Source: an uncultured Alphaproteobacteria bacterium (GTDB lineage Bacteria > Pseudomonadota > Alphaproteobacteria > Micropepsales > Micropepsaceae). Taken from it: 64,000 bases of DNA. The notes under the pieces are model-generated. The model was given only the letters and a program-made list of their open reading frames with translations, was not told the origin of the DNA and made no database searches. Numbering within the stretch: the stretch's first letter is position 1; every line of letters begins with the position of its first letter. Below, in pieces: positions 46,752-56,801 of this stretch. The DNA is taken from positions 167,684-231,683 of the forward strand of contig CAVUJB010000004.1 in assembly GCA_963741735.1 (NCBI GenBank), read 5' to 3'. A program made the translations under genes and the position numbers.

Positions 46752-49700
46752 ATGAGCATCCAAGTCGCCCTCCGGCATTCCACCCGCTACCGCTATGACC
46801 GCCCAATAAATCTTGGCCCCCAGATCGTGCGGCTGCGGCCGGCACCGCATTGCCGGACACCGATTCTTTCGTACGGGCTGGCGATCAGCCCCGGTGAACA
46901 CTTCCTCAACTGGCAGCAGGACCCACAGTCCAACTGGCTAGGGCGCGTGGTGGTGCCAGAGAAGACGGAATATCTCACCGTGACGGTCGATTTGACGGCC
47001 GAGCTTAACGTCATCAATCCGTTCGACTTTTTTCTTGAGCCCGAAGCGGAGGTCTTTCCATTCAAATACCCCGCCGAGCTGCTCGAAGATCTCAGCCCAT
47101 TTTTCCAGAAGGCGAAAGCCGGTGAGCGCTTCGATGCTTATCTCGCCTCGGTGCCGAGGATCGAAAAGCCGACCACCGGATTCTTGTTCGATCTGAACGC
47201 GAAGCTTCAAGACGACATCAGCTATCTCATCCGCATGGAGCCCGGCATCCAGACGCCGGACGAGACTTTGGAGAGCCGCGCCGGTTCGTGCCGCGACTCT
47301 GCGTGGCTGCTGGTGCAGTTGCTGCGGCATCTGGGATTGGCCGCGCGATTTGCCTCCGGCTATCTCGTTCAGTTGAAGCCGGATCAGAAATCGCTCGATG
47401 GTCCGTCGGGTGCGGAGCAGGATTTCACCGATTTGCACGCATGGTGCGAAGTCTATCTGCCGGGCGCAGGCTGGGTCGGTCTCGATCCGACCTCTGGCCT
47501 GTTCGCGGGCGAGGGGCATATTCCACTTGCCTGTACCGCGAACCCGACGAACGCCGCACCTATCACCGGCTCGCTGGATGAGTGCGAGGTGTCGTTCGAA
47601 TTCGAGATGTCGATCACCCGCGTGGCCGAACCTCCGCGCGTCACCAAACCCTATAGCGACGAACAATGGCGCGCGATCGACAAGCTCGGCGACCATATCG
47701 ATAGGTTGCTGCACGAAGGCGATGTGCGGCTCACTATGGGCGGCGAGCCGACTTTCGTTTCGATCAGCGACATGGATGGCGCGGAGTGGACCACCGCGGC
47801 AGTCGGCCCTGACAAGCGCGGTCTCGCCGATACGCTCATCCGCCGTTTGCAGAAGCGCTTCGCGCCTGGTGGCTTGCTGCATTACGGCCAGGGCAAATGG
47901 TATCCGGGCGAGAGCCTGCCGCGCTGGGCGTTCGGACTCTATTGGCGCGGCGATGGCCTGCCGCTGTGGCGCGATGTGGACCGCATCGCGCGCGAGCGCG
48001 ACGACCACAAGCCGACAACGGAAGACGCAAGCAATCTGGTGCGCGGTATCGCGCGGCGGCTCGACATCCATCCCGACTACGCGATGCCGGCCTATGAAGA
48101 CGTGTGGCACTATCTCGCCCAGGAGCGAGGGCTGCCCATCAATGTCGATCCGCTGAACTCCAAGCTCGATGATCCCGAGATACGGTCTCGTATCGCGCGT
48201 GTGTTCGAGCGTGGCTTGAACAAGGTCGTCGGTTATGTGCTGCCCGTGCAGCGTTGGAACGCGCCGGACAGGCGGCGCTGGCGCTCCGACCGCTGGGTGA
48301 CACGCGCGGAACGCCTGCAGTTGATCCCCGGCGATTTACCGGTTGGATTTCGTTTGCCGATGGGTGCATTGCCTTGGCTCCCCGAAACGGCGCGGCCATA
48401 TATTCCGCCACCTGATCCATTCGACAAATTTCCACCGCTGCCCGAGCGCGATTCCTATCGCCAGCCCTATCTTTCGGGACATATCCGCGACGCGGCATGG
48501 GAAGCGCGCAAGGCGCGCGTCGAACAGGAACAGCCAGTCGAGAACGCGCCGGTGCGCACGGCGCTCACGGTCGAACCGCGTGCTGGGCGTCTCAGCGTGT
48601 TCATGCCACCGACGGAAAATGCGGCCGACTATCTCGATCTGTTGGCCGCGATAGAAGATGCGTCGGCGGAAATCGGGGTCGCGGTTCATATCGAAGGCTA
48701 TCCGCCGCCCTACGATCCGCACATCAACGTCATCAAGGTCACACCCGATCCCGGCGTAATCGAAGTGAACATCCATCCCGCGCGCAATTGGCGCGAGCAG
48801 GTGGCGATCACCGAAGCGATCTACGAGGAAGCGCGGCAATCACGGCTTGGCACCGAGAAGTTCATGCTCGACGGCCGCCACACCGGAACCGGCGGCGGTA
48901 ATCACATCGTGCTGGGCGCGGCGACGCCGGCGGATAGTCCATTCCTGCGACGTCCCGATTTGCTGCGCAGCCTTGTCGCCTTTTGGCAGAACCATCCGTC
49001 GCTGTCCTATCTGTTCTCCGGCATGTTTATCGGACCGACGAGCCAAGCGCCGCGTATCGATGAGGCGCGCCTGGATTCTCTGTACGAAATGGAGATCGCG
49101 TTTGACGAGGTACCCGATCCGGCGAATGGCAACATTCCGCCGTGGCTGGTGGACCGTATCTTCCGCAATCTTCTGATCGACGTCAGCGGCAACACGCATC
49201 GCACCGAAATCTGCATCGACAAACTCTATTCGCCGGACGGTCCAACCGGGCGGCTTGGTCTTGTCGAATTTCGCGGATTCGAAATGCCGCCGCATCCGGA
49301 GATGAGTCTCGCGCAGGGACTTTTGCTGCGCGCGCTGGTCGCGCGATTCTGGCGCGAGCCTTACAAGCCAAAATTGGTACGCTGGGGAACGGCGTTGCAC
49401 GACATGTTCATGCTACCGCATTTCGTGTGGGCGGATTTCCTCGACGTCATTTCGGATCTCAACGCACACGGCTTCGCTTTCGATGTCGAGTGGTTTCGGC
49501 CTCATTGGGCGTTCCGTTTTCCGCTCGCAGGGAAGGTTCAATATGGCGGCGTCGCTCTTGAACTGCGCCAGGCGCTCGAACCTTGGAACGTTATGGGCGA
49601 GGAGGGCGCAGTCGGTGGCACCGTGCGCTTCGTCGATAGTTCGGTCGAACGACTGGAAGTGAAGGCTTCGGGTCTCGTCGCCGGTCGGCACAAGATACTG

Positions 49701-50063
49701 GTAAACGGCCGTAATGTGCCGTTGAAACCCATCTCGCTTGGCGATGCGGTCGGCGGCGTGCGCTTTCGCACATGGCTGCCCGCGAGTACGCTGCATCCGA
49801 CGATTCCATCGCATGCGCCGCTCATCTGCGAAGTGTGGGACGGTTGGCGCAAGCGGTCGCTGGGAGGCTGCACCTATCATGTCGCGCATCCGGGGGGCCG
49901 CAACTACGTGACGTTTCCCGTCAACGCCTACGAGGCTGAGGGCCGGCGTCTCGCGCGGTTCGAGCCATTCGGGTTCACCGGCGGTGTCTTCGAGCCACCG
50001 GCGGAAGACGCGCATCCCGATTTTCCGCATACGCTCGATCTTCGGCGCGCGCCCAACAAATGA
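46752..50063 (+). CDS. large transglutaminase-like protein (Bact_transglu_N + transglutaminase core + DUF2126-type C-terminal region)
   Basis: ATG 46752 (MSIQVALRHSTRYRYDRP..). Cys-His-Asp triad context GSCRDSAWLL.. / DLHAWCEVYLPGAGWVGLDPT. A conserved extension of about 800 aa, giving a protein of about 1100 aa. Confidence 0.85.
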   Translation: MSIQVALRHSTRYRYDRPINLGPQIVRLRPAPHCRTPILSYGLAISPGEHFLNWQQDPQSNWLGRVVVPEKTEYLTVTVDLTAELNVINPFDFFLEPEAEVFPFKYPAELLEDLSPFFQKAKAGERFDAYLASVPRIEKPTTGFLFDLNAKLQDDISYLIRMEPGIQTPDETLESRAGSCRDSAWLLVQLLRHLGLAARFASGYLVQLKPDQKSLDGPSGAEQDFTDLHAWCEVYLPGAGWVGLDPTSGLFAGEGHIPLACTANPTNAAPITGSLDECEVSFEFEMSITRVAEPPRVTKPYSDEQWRAIDKLGDHIDRLLHEGDVRLTMGGEPTFVSISDMDGAEWTTAAVGPDKRGLADTLIRRLQKRFAPGGLLHYGQGKWYPGESLPRWAFGLYWRGDGLPLWRDVDRIARERDDHKPTTEDASNLVRGIARRLDIHPDYAMPAYEDVWHYLAQERGLPINVDPLNSKLDDPEIRSRIARVFERGLNKVVGYVLPVQRWNAPDRRRWRSDRWVTRAERLQLIPGDLPVGFRLPMGALPWLPETARPYIPPPDPFDKFPPLPERDSYRQPYLSGHIRDAAWEARKARVEQEQPVENAPVRTALTVEPRAGRLSVFMPPTENAADYLDLLAAIEDASAEIGVAVHIEGYPPPYDPHINVIKVTPDPGVIEVNIHPARNWREQVAITEAIYEEARQSRLGTEKFMLDGRHTGTGGGNHIVLGAATPADSPFLRRPDLLRSLVAFWQNHPSLSYLFSGMFIGPTSQAPRIDEARLDSLYEMEIAFDEVPDPANGNIPPWLVDRIFRNLLIDVSGNTHRTEICIDKLYSPDGPTGRLGLVEFRGFEMPPHPEMSLAQGLLLRALVARFWREPYKPKLVRWGTALHDMFMLPHFVWADFLDVISDLNAHGFAFDVEWFRPHWAFRFPLAGKVQYGGVALELRQALEPWNVMGEEGAVGGTVRFVDSSVERLEVKASGLVAGRHKILVNGRNVPLKPISLGDAVGGVRFRTWLPASTLHPTIPSHAPLICEVWDGWRKRSLGGCTYHVAHPGGRNYVTFPVNAYEAEGRRLARFEPFGFTGGVFEPPAEDAHPDFPHTLDLRRAPNK

Positions 50064-52603
50064 GCCAGTCGGACATCACATCCGAACCTGCATGGCGCGA
50101 CATGCTGCGGCTGGCGCGCTACGACGAATTGCGCGACGCAAAGGGCCATGTTCGCGCCGCATGGAAGCCGTTGGCCGACGTCGTCACTTCCATGCCGGTC
50201 GAGGAATATGCCCGCCGCGCCGCGGCCGCACAGGCGGCGATCAGCGAGAACGGCGTTACGTACAATGTGTATGACGATGCCGAAGGGCAGGCGCGGCTCT
50301 GGCAGCTCGATATCCTGCCGTTTGTGATCGGCGCCTCCGATTGGGCGGCGATTGAAGCGGGTATCGTTCAGCGCGCACATCTTTCCAATGCCGTGCTGCA
50401 GGACATATACGGTCCGCAACGCCTGATAGCCGATCGATTGTTACCGCCGCATCTGGTGCTCGGCCATCCGCAGTTTCTCAGGCCGCTGGTTGGCATCACG
50501 CCACCGCAGGGCGTGCACATCCACCTCTATTCCGCCGACTTGGCGCGGATGCCGGATGGCTCATGGAAGGTCCTGGCGAGCCGCGCCGACGCACCCAGCG
50601 GCATTGGATATGCGCTCGAAAACCGGATCGTGACAGGCGGCACGTTCCCCGATCTCTTCAACGATATGCGTGTGCGGCGGCTTGCATCGTTCTTCAGCAC
50701 GCTGCGCGAGAGCGTGTTGTCCCTGGCCCACAAACGCAACGGCCGCATGGTTCTGCTGACCTCGGGCCCGCACAACGAGACCTATTTCGAGCACGCTTAC
50801 CTCGCACACTATCTGGGTCTTACGCTGGTCGAAGGTGACGATCTGACCGTGCGCGATGGGCAGGTGTTTCTCAAGACGCTGCTGGGTCTGGAGCGCATTG
50901 CGGTCATATTCCGCCGCGTCGACTCCGACTACTGCGATCCATTGGAATTTCGTGGCGATTCCGCGCTCGGTGTCCCGGGCCTCACGGACGCGGCGCGCGC
51001 CGGCGGCGTTGTCCTCGCCAATGCACTTGGCGGTGGCGTGATGGAGTCGCCCGCCATGGACGCGTTCCTGCCTGGCTTGTGCCGTGCCCTGCTCGGGGAA
51101 GAATTGAAAATTCCCGACATTCCCACCGTGTGGTGCGGAACGGAGTGGGGCCGCAAGGAAGCTTTCGCACGGCTGGATCGCGTTGTGGTACGCGACGCAT
51201 TCGATGCGCGGCCTCTGTTTTCGCGGCAGTCCTCCGCGCGTCTCGGAAGCGAGCTTTCGATGAGCCAGATCGAAGTGCTAAAGGAACGCATCGCGCGCCG
51301 AGGCGCCACCGTGGTGACGCAGGATGCGGTGCCGCTCGGCCTGGCGCCGATCTATCAGAGTGGAAGATTCGGGACGAAGCCCGTCAACCTTCGCGTGTTC
51401 GCCGCTTGGACGTCGCAAGGCTATATCGTCATGCCAGGCGGCTTGGTGCGCGTCGCACCTGACGATCACGCACGCACGCTATCGATTCAATCGGGCGCGA
51501 CCAGCAAGGACGCATGGGTTCGCGGCGAGGGGCCGGCCGACACGTTCAGCCTCCTGCGGCCCAGCGCACGCGAGCCGGAAATCCGCCGCACTGGCGAAGC
51601 GCCGCCGAGCCGGGCGATGGATAATCTATTTTGGCTCGGTCGCTATATCGAGCGTGCCGAGAATCTCGTCCGCGTGTTGCGTGCCGTGACGGAGCGGCTA
51701 GGCGAAGACCCAGCCTTCGTAAGCGACATCGCCGACCGATTTCTGTTCCGCAATGCCAAAGTGCAATCGCAGATGAACCGTGAGGTCGCGGCCGGAGATG
51801 ATGCCACGCTTCTGTCTGGGTTGCGCGCGCTTATCTATGACCGCAAACAGCCGCAAGGCCTTCAGCAACTCCTCACCCGGGCGCGCCAAACAGGATGGTC
51901 CGCGCGCGACCGGCTATCGCTGGACACGTGGCGCGTGATCCAACTCATGACGGAGCGCGCCCAGGCACCGGAATCTGTAACGCTGCTCGACACCAGTCAG
52001 GCGCAGGCCTACCTCGACCAGCTCGTACGGCGCGCGGCCGCCTTTTCCGGCTTGTGCGCCGAGAATATGACGCGAGGTCCGAACTGGCTGTTCGTCGATC
52101 TGGGCCGGCGTATTGAGCGCGCCGCGCATTTAAGTTGGCTCGTCGGCGAGGCGGTGGGAACTGTTTCGGAAGTCGAGGTTCAGCACATTCGCGCCATACT
52201 CGAAATCGCCGACAGCGCGATGACCTATCGCTCGCGAAACCTGAACCTGTTCGATGTCCCGCCGCTCATCGATCTTCTGCTTCTCGATGAAAGCAATCCG
52301 CGCAGCACGGCGTTTCAGCTTGCGGCGATCGAGCGCAATCTCAAGGAATTGCCGCGCATCACGCCGGCACAGCGGCACGGAGGTGCCTTCAATATCGCGA
52401 GCGATGCACGCTTCGCCGCAATGCGCGCCAATTCCCTGAGTTTGGCCGAGGCCTCCGAAAGCGGTAAGCGGACCGAGCTGGTGCAATTCACCGACAGGAT
52501 CGCAGACGCGATGTCGCATGTCTCGGATGCGATAACCGATGCCTATTTTCAGCATTCCATCCGCTTGCGCACCGGCGCAGCGCCGGCGCGTGAGGTGCAG
52601 TGA
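50060..52603 (+). CDS. circularly permuted type-2 ATP-grasp protein fused to an alpha-E domain
   Basis: ATGA overlap with the upstream gene. The N-terminal ~480 aa match the COG2308-type pattern (..GVTYNVY.D..G..R.W.LD.LP.. ; ..FRRVD.D.CDPLE.R.DS.LGVPGL). The C-terminal ~330 aa match the alpha-E/COG2307 pattern (SRAMDNLFWLGRYIERAENLVRVLR). Confidence 0.85.
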   Translation: MSQSDITSEPAWRDMLRLARYDELRDAKGHVRAAWKPLADVVTSMPVEEYARRAAAAQAAISENGVTYNVYDDAEGQARLWQLDILPFVIGASDWAAIEAGIVQRAHLSNAVLQDIYGPQRLIADRLLPPHLVLGHPQFLRPLVGITPPQGVHIHLYSADLARMPDGSWKVLASRADAPSGIGYALENRIVTGGTFPDLFNDMRVRRLASFFSTLRESVLSLAHKRNGRMVLLTSGPHNETYFEHAYLAHYLGLTLVEGDDLTVRDGQVFLKTLLGLERIAVIFRRVDSDYCDPLEFRGDSALGVPGLTDAARAGGVVLANALGGGVMESPAMDAFLPGLCRALLGEELKIPDIPTVWCGTEWGRKEAFARLDRVVVRDAFDARPLFSRQSSARLGSELSMSQIEVLKERIARRGATVVTQDAVPLGLAPIYQSGRFGTKPVNLRVFAAWTSQGYIVMPGGLVRVAPDDHARTLSIQSGATSKDAWVRGEGPADTFSLLRPSAREPEIRRTGEAPPSRAMDNLFWLGRYIERAENLVRVLRAVTERLGEDPAFVSDIADRFLFRNAKVQSQMNREVAAGDDATLLSGLRALIYDRKQPQGLQQLLTRARQTGWSARDRLSLDTWRVIQLMTERAQAPESVTLLDTSQAQAYLDQLVRRAAAFSGLCAENMTRGPNWLFVDLGRRIERAAHLSWLVGEAVGTVSEVEVQHIRAILEIADSAMTYRSRNLNLFDVPPLIDLLLLDESNPRSTAFQLAAIERNLKELPRITPAQRHGGAFNIASDARFAAMRANSLSLAEASESGKRTELVQFTDRIADAMSHVSDAITDAYFQHSIRLRTGAAPAREVQ

Positions 52604-53484
52604 TGGAATACGGAGTCCGTCACCGCACGTTGTATCGCTATGCGCAGAATGTCTCATATTCCTGCCATTTGGCCCATCTGACGCCGCGCGACACGCCGGT
52701 GCAGCGCGTCGAGGAAGCAGGCATCCGTATCTCGGTGCCCGTCGCCCAGCGGCATGCGATCACGGACTTTTTCGGCAACGCAGCGGAATGGTTTGCGATC
52801 GAACAGCAGCACACCGTGCTGGAGATCGTTTCCTATAGCCGCGTGCATGTAGCGCCGCCTTGGACGCTCGCCGCCGAACAATCGCTGTCGTGGGAGCAGG
52901 TTCACGCCCAGATGGAACAGGATCACGACCCTGAGGCGCGAGATGTCGTTCAATATCTATTTGACTCGCCGCTTGGTACGCCGACAGCGGCCATGACGGC
53001 CTATGCCGTGAAAAGCTTTCCGCCCAGGTGCCCTGTCCTCGTCGGTGCGCTTGATCTGATGCATCGTATCCATAAGGACTTTCGCTACGACACAACAGTG
53101 ACCGACGCGACGACACCGGTCGATCGCGTGTTTGAGATGCGCTCGGGCGTGTGTCAGGATCTCGCGCATATGGGGATCGCGAGCCTGCGCGCGCTGGGCC
53201 TGCCGGGACGTTATGTCAGCGGATATCTTCTGACCGAACCGCCGCCCGGCAAACCGCGCCTGCTCGGTGCCGATGCCAGTCATGCGTGGTTCTCGGTGTG
53301 GGCGCCGCCCTTCGGCTGGGTCGATCTCGATGCGACGAACGACATGCGTCCGGGCGACGGCCATGTAACTTTGGCATGGGGCCGCGATTACAGCGACGTA
53401 GCGCCGATCAATGGCGTCATCACCGGCGGCGGCGATCACGTCGTGGAAGTCGGCGTTGATGTTGTGCCGGTGGAAATGGGATGA
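52603..53484 (+). CDS. transglutaminase-family protein (Bact_transglu_N + core)
   Basis: The start overlaps the upstream stop (GTGATG; GTG 52600 or ATG 52603). Catalytic context GVCQDLAHMG.. / ASHAWFSVWAPPFGWVDLDATN. Confidence 0.88.
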   Translation: MEYGVRHRTLYRYAQNVSYSCHLAHLTPRDTPVQRVEEAGIRISVPVAQRHAITDFFGNAAEWFAIEQQHTVLEIVSYSRVHVAPPWTLAAEQSLSWEQVHAQMEQDHDPEARDVVQYLFDSPLGTPTAAMTAYAVKSFPPRCPVLVGALDLMHRIHKDFRYDTTVTDATTPVDRVFEMRSGVCQDLAHMGIASLRALGLPGRYVSGYLLTEPPPGKPRLLGADASHAWFSVWAPPFGWVDLDATNDMRPGDGHVTLAWGRDYSDVAPINGVITGGGDHVVEVGVDVVPVEMG

Positions 53485-53774
53485 TGAAGGCGAATTTTCG
53501 CCGTCCTCCGCGCGCACAATTGGTGCATTCGCTGCTCCATTCCCGCTGCAGCTATTAAGCAGAGATCGGACCGACGACACGCGGTACCAGTTCGATAGAT
53601 GGAGCTCGTCGCGCGGCGGATAGCAGTTCTTCTTCGTCCGCGCCGTCTGTCCGTCGAACATTCGGCTTGCCGCGAAGGCAGCGAACGGGGAGGCCGATAT
53701 TCCTTAGAGTCCTATCTAGTCCGCCGACAGGCGCGGTGGTATGGTGTCTTGGGAACTATTGGAGGAGCGTCACC

Positions 53775-54362
53775 ATGTCCGCCACGACGAACAGGGTTTT
53801 CGATTTCAAGGGGCTGAACCATCTGGCTCTGGTCTGCAAGGACATGGCCCGGACGGTCGACTTTTACAGCAACGTCCTTGGCATGCCGTTGATCAAGACG
53901 ATCGATCTTCCCAATGGCATGGGCCAGCACTTCTTTTTCGACATCGGCAACGGCGATTCTTTGGCCTTCTTCTGGTTCCCCAATGCACCTGAAGCGACCC
54001 CAGGCGTCGCCGCAGCGGGCAACCTTCCTGGTAGCGGCAAGTCCATCGCGTCGGGCCATGGCTCCATGAACCATGTTGCCTTCAACGTCCCTGCCGAGAA
54101 GATCGACGAATATCATGAAAAGCTGGTCGCCCGCGGCGTCGAATGCACGAAGGTGGTCAATCACGACGACTCGCCGCGACAGATCAGCGAGGACGTCTCG
54201 TCCAGTACCTTTGTGCGGTCGATCTATTTCTTCGATCCCGACGGGATCTGCCTGGAGATTGCGACCTGGACGCGCGTTCTCGACCCGAAAGTCGAAGTTC
54301 GTCATGAGCCGGTTGACGCCCTCGGGCACAAGAAGGCGGTGGCCCTGGAGCCTGCGGAATAA
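53775..54362 (+). CDS. VOC (glyoxalase/bleomycin-resistance/extradiol dioxygenase fold) family protein
   Basis: ATG 53775 (GGAGGAG upstream). GLNHLALVCKDMARTVDFYSNVLGMPL and MNHVAFNV...IYFFDPDGICLEI form paired beta-alpha-beta-beta-beta modules. Confidence 0.8.
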   Translation: MSATTNRVFDFKGLNHLALVCKDMARTVDFYSNVLGMPLIKTIDLPNGMGQHFFFDIGNGDSLAFFWFPNAPEATPGVAAAGNLPGSGKSIASGHGSMNHVAFNVPAEKIDEYHEKLVARGVECTKVVNHDDSPRQISEDVSSSTFVRSIYFFDPDGICLEIATWTRVLDPKVEVRHEPVDALGHKKAVALEPAE

Positions 54363-54510
54363 CGCAAGCGAGCTATCGGCAAAGCTTGCCCGCGATACAT
54401 TCGCGGTGGCAAGAGTGTCGTGCTTCACGCCGCTGCGCCTCACAGTGCATGAGTTCACCTCGACCGTGAAGACCCACAACGACGGCGCATTCGCGACACC
54501 CGTGGACCAG

Positions 54511-55497
54511 ATGACGGCAGCGCTTCGCGAAGCCGGCATTTTGGCGAACGGCAGCATTGCCAGGCTTGTGCCGCTGACGGGCGGTGTGTCGTCGGCAATC
54601 TTTCGCGTCGATCTGCCGGGTGGTCCGATCTGCATCAAGCAGGCGTTGGAAACGCTCAGGGTGGCGGCCGAGTGGCATGCGCCCGTGGAGCGATCGGCCA
54701 GCGAAGTCGCGTGGATTCGTGAGGTTGCGAGCATCGATGACTCGCTCGTGCCCCACATCTTGTTCGCGGACGATCGGCGCCATCTCTTCGCGATGGCGTA
54801 TCTCGAACCCGACACGCATCCCTGTTGGAAGCCGCTTCTTGCGGGCGGCACTGCGAACTCCGGGTTCGCCGGCAAGGTCGGAGATGCGCTCGGTCGCATT
54901 CATGCCAGCACCGCCTCATCCGCCGCATTGGCAAGGCAATTCGCGCATGCCGCGCTGTTTGAAGCCCTGCGCATCGACCCCTATCTCGTGCATGCGGCCA
55001 AGCTGCATCAGGATCTCGCGCCGCAACTGCATATGATCGCCGACGGCCTCCGCGCCTCTCGCCGCGCGCTCGTGCATGGAGATGTCAGTCCGAAGAACAT
55101 CCTGTGTGGACCGCGCGGACCGGTTTTCCTCGACGCCGAATGCGCCTGTTTCGGCGAGCCGGCATTCGATCTGTCCTTCTGCCTTTGTCATCTTCTTCTG
55201 AAGGGGGTCTGGCATCCCGAGCACGGCGCCGGGTACGCGCGCTGTGCCGACGCGCTCATTGCGCGCTATCGTCCGCATGTCGACTGGGAGGACTGGACGG
55301 ATTTCGAGCCGCGCGGTTCGCGTCTTCTGGCAGCTCTGCTTCTGGCGCGTGTGGACGGCAAGTCGCCGGTCGAATATCTGACGGACGACGGACGAAAGTC
55401 ATTCGTGCGCGACTTTGCGCGAAGCAGGCTCGCGGGCCAGACTCTCAGCCTCGACGATCTGCGGAAGCAGTGGTGGGAAGGGACCAGCCTGTTGTGA
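54511..55497 (+). CDS. aminoglycoside-phosphotransferase-fold (APH/choline-kinase-like) small-molecule kinase
   Basis: Catalytic loop HGDVSPKNIL and metal-binding FLDAE. N-lobe ..SSAIFRVDLPGGPICIKQA. The start could be ATG 54511 or an upstream GTG. The stop overlaps the next gene's start. Confidence 0.75.
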   Translation: MTAALREAGILANGSIARLVPLTGGVSSAIFRVDLPGGPICIKQALETLRVAAEWHAPVERSASEVAWIREVASIDDSLVPHILFADDRRHLFAMAYLEPDTHPCWKPLLAGGTANSGFAGKVGDALGRIHASTASSAALARQFAHAALFEALRIDPYLVHAAKLHQDLAPQLHMIADGLRASRRALVHGDVSPKNILCGPRGPVFLDAECACFGEPAFDLSFCLCHLLLKGVWHPEHGAGYARCADALIARYRPHVDWEDWTDFEPRGSRLLAALLLARVDGKSPVEYLTDDGRKSFVRDFARSRLAGQTLSLDDLRKQWWEGTSLL

Positions 55498-56801
55498 GAA
55501 CTCGCATTGCTCGCATCAAGGGGCGTCAGATCTGGGATTCGCGCGGCCGGCCGACGGTCGAGGTCGATGTCACGCTCGCCTGCGGCGCTCTGGGCCGGGC
55601 CGCTGCGCCCGCCGGTGCGTCGCGCGGCCGCTTCGAGGCCATCGACCTGCGCGACGGTGGCACGCGATTTGGCGGGTTCGGCGTCGAGAATGCGGTCGCC
55701 CATGTGAGGGGCGACATTGCAGCCGCTTTGACGGGAATGGATGCAGCCGATCAGACGGCGATCGACGCGCAGCTTGCGGCGCTGGACGGTACCGCGAATT
55801 TCTCCCGGCTTGGCGGCAACGCTTGCGTCGCGGTTTCGCTGGCGGTGCTGCACGCCGCGGCGGCGGCCGAATCCCTGCCGTTATGGCGCTACCTCGCCGG
55901 CAACACCAAACCGCGCATCCCTCTTCCGGAAATCCAGATCTTCGGCGGTGGGGCGCATGCGGGGCGGCGCATCGACATTCAGGACCTGATGATCATGGTA
56001 CCTGGCGTCGACAGCGCGCGGGAGGCTTTGGAAGTCACCGGCGATGTATATCGCGCAGCCGGCCGGTTGATGGAAGAAAGCGGCAATCTGGCGGGTACGG
56101 CGGATGAAGGCGGCTGGTGGCCGGTCTTCGGAACCAATGAAGAGGCGCTGGAAACCCTCGTTCGCGCGATCGAGGCGGGGGGGCATCGCCCGGGCGAGGA
56201 CGTGTTCATTTCGCTCGACATCGCGGCCAGCGAGTTTCACAAGGACGGCCGATATCACCTGGCGCTGGACCGGTCCGAGCTCACGTCCGACGAGCTGGCG
56301 GCGCTGGTCGAAGGCTGGTCGCGGCGCTTTCCGATCCTGTCGATCGAGGATCCGGCAGGTCAGGATGACGCGGCAACCATGCAAAAGATCACGGCCGAAC
56401 TCGCCTCGCGATGCCAGATCATTGGCGACGATTTTCTGGTGACCGATGCCTCACGCGTCGACGCCGCGGCTGCAAATGGCGCCTGCACTGCCGTGCTGGT
56501 GAAGGTCAATCAGGCCGGCACCGTCACGCGGGCGTGCGCTGCCTTGCAGGCGGCGCGGCGCTACGGTTGGGCATCGATCGTCTCCGCCCGATCGGGAGAG
56601 ACGGAAGATACCTCGATCGTCGATCTCGCGGTGGGATGGGACGCCGGCCAGCTCAAGGTCGGATCCTTCGCCCGTTCCGAGCGCATGGCGAAGTGGAATG
56701 CATTGCTGCGCATCGAGGAAGAAATGGGCGCAGACGCCCGGTTTGCGGGCTGGGACGCATTCCCCGACACGCTGCAACGGCCAACAGCTCGCACCTCATG
56801 A
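55494..56801 (+). CDS. enolase-family protein (divergent paralog with active-site substitutions)
   Basis: GTG 55494 overlaps the kinase stop (GTGA). Enolase motifs are present: DSRGRPTVEV, ADEGGW, LDIAASEF, LSIEDP, IGDDFLVTD, VKVNQAGT, SGETED, RSERMAKWNALLRIEEE. Canonical QEFMI is QDLMI here, and SHRSGETED is SARSGETED. Confidence 0.85.
   Translation: MRTRIARIKGRQIWDSRGRPTVEVDVTLACGALGRAAAPAGASRGRFEAIDLRDGGTRFGGFGVENAVAHVRGDIAAALTGMDAADQTAIDAQLAALDGTANFSRLGGNACVAVSLAVLHAAAAAESLPLWRYLAGNTKPRIPLPEIQIFGGGAHAGRRIDIQDLMIMVPGVDSAREALEVTGDVYRAAGRLMEESGNLAGTADEGGWWPVFGTNEEALETLVRAIEAGGHRPGEDVFISLDIAASEFHKDGRYHLALDRSELTSDELAALVEGWSRRFPILSIEDPAGQDDAATMQKITAELASRCQIIGDDFLVTDASRVDAAAANGACTAVLVKVNQAGTVTRACAALQAARRYGWASIVSARSGETEDTSIVDLAVGWDAGQLKVGSFARSERMAKWNALLRIEEEMGADARFAGWDAFPDTLQRPTARTS

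Noticed and set aside
46938-48110. 390-aa antisense ORF inside the large transglutaminase gene, and similar cases (53712..54899 -, 35415..36338 +, 31983..32987 -, 37072..37791 -)
   Set aside because: Same reasoning as above: no motifs, Arg-rich composition, and they lie opposite genes with strong family signatures.
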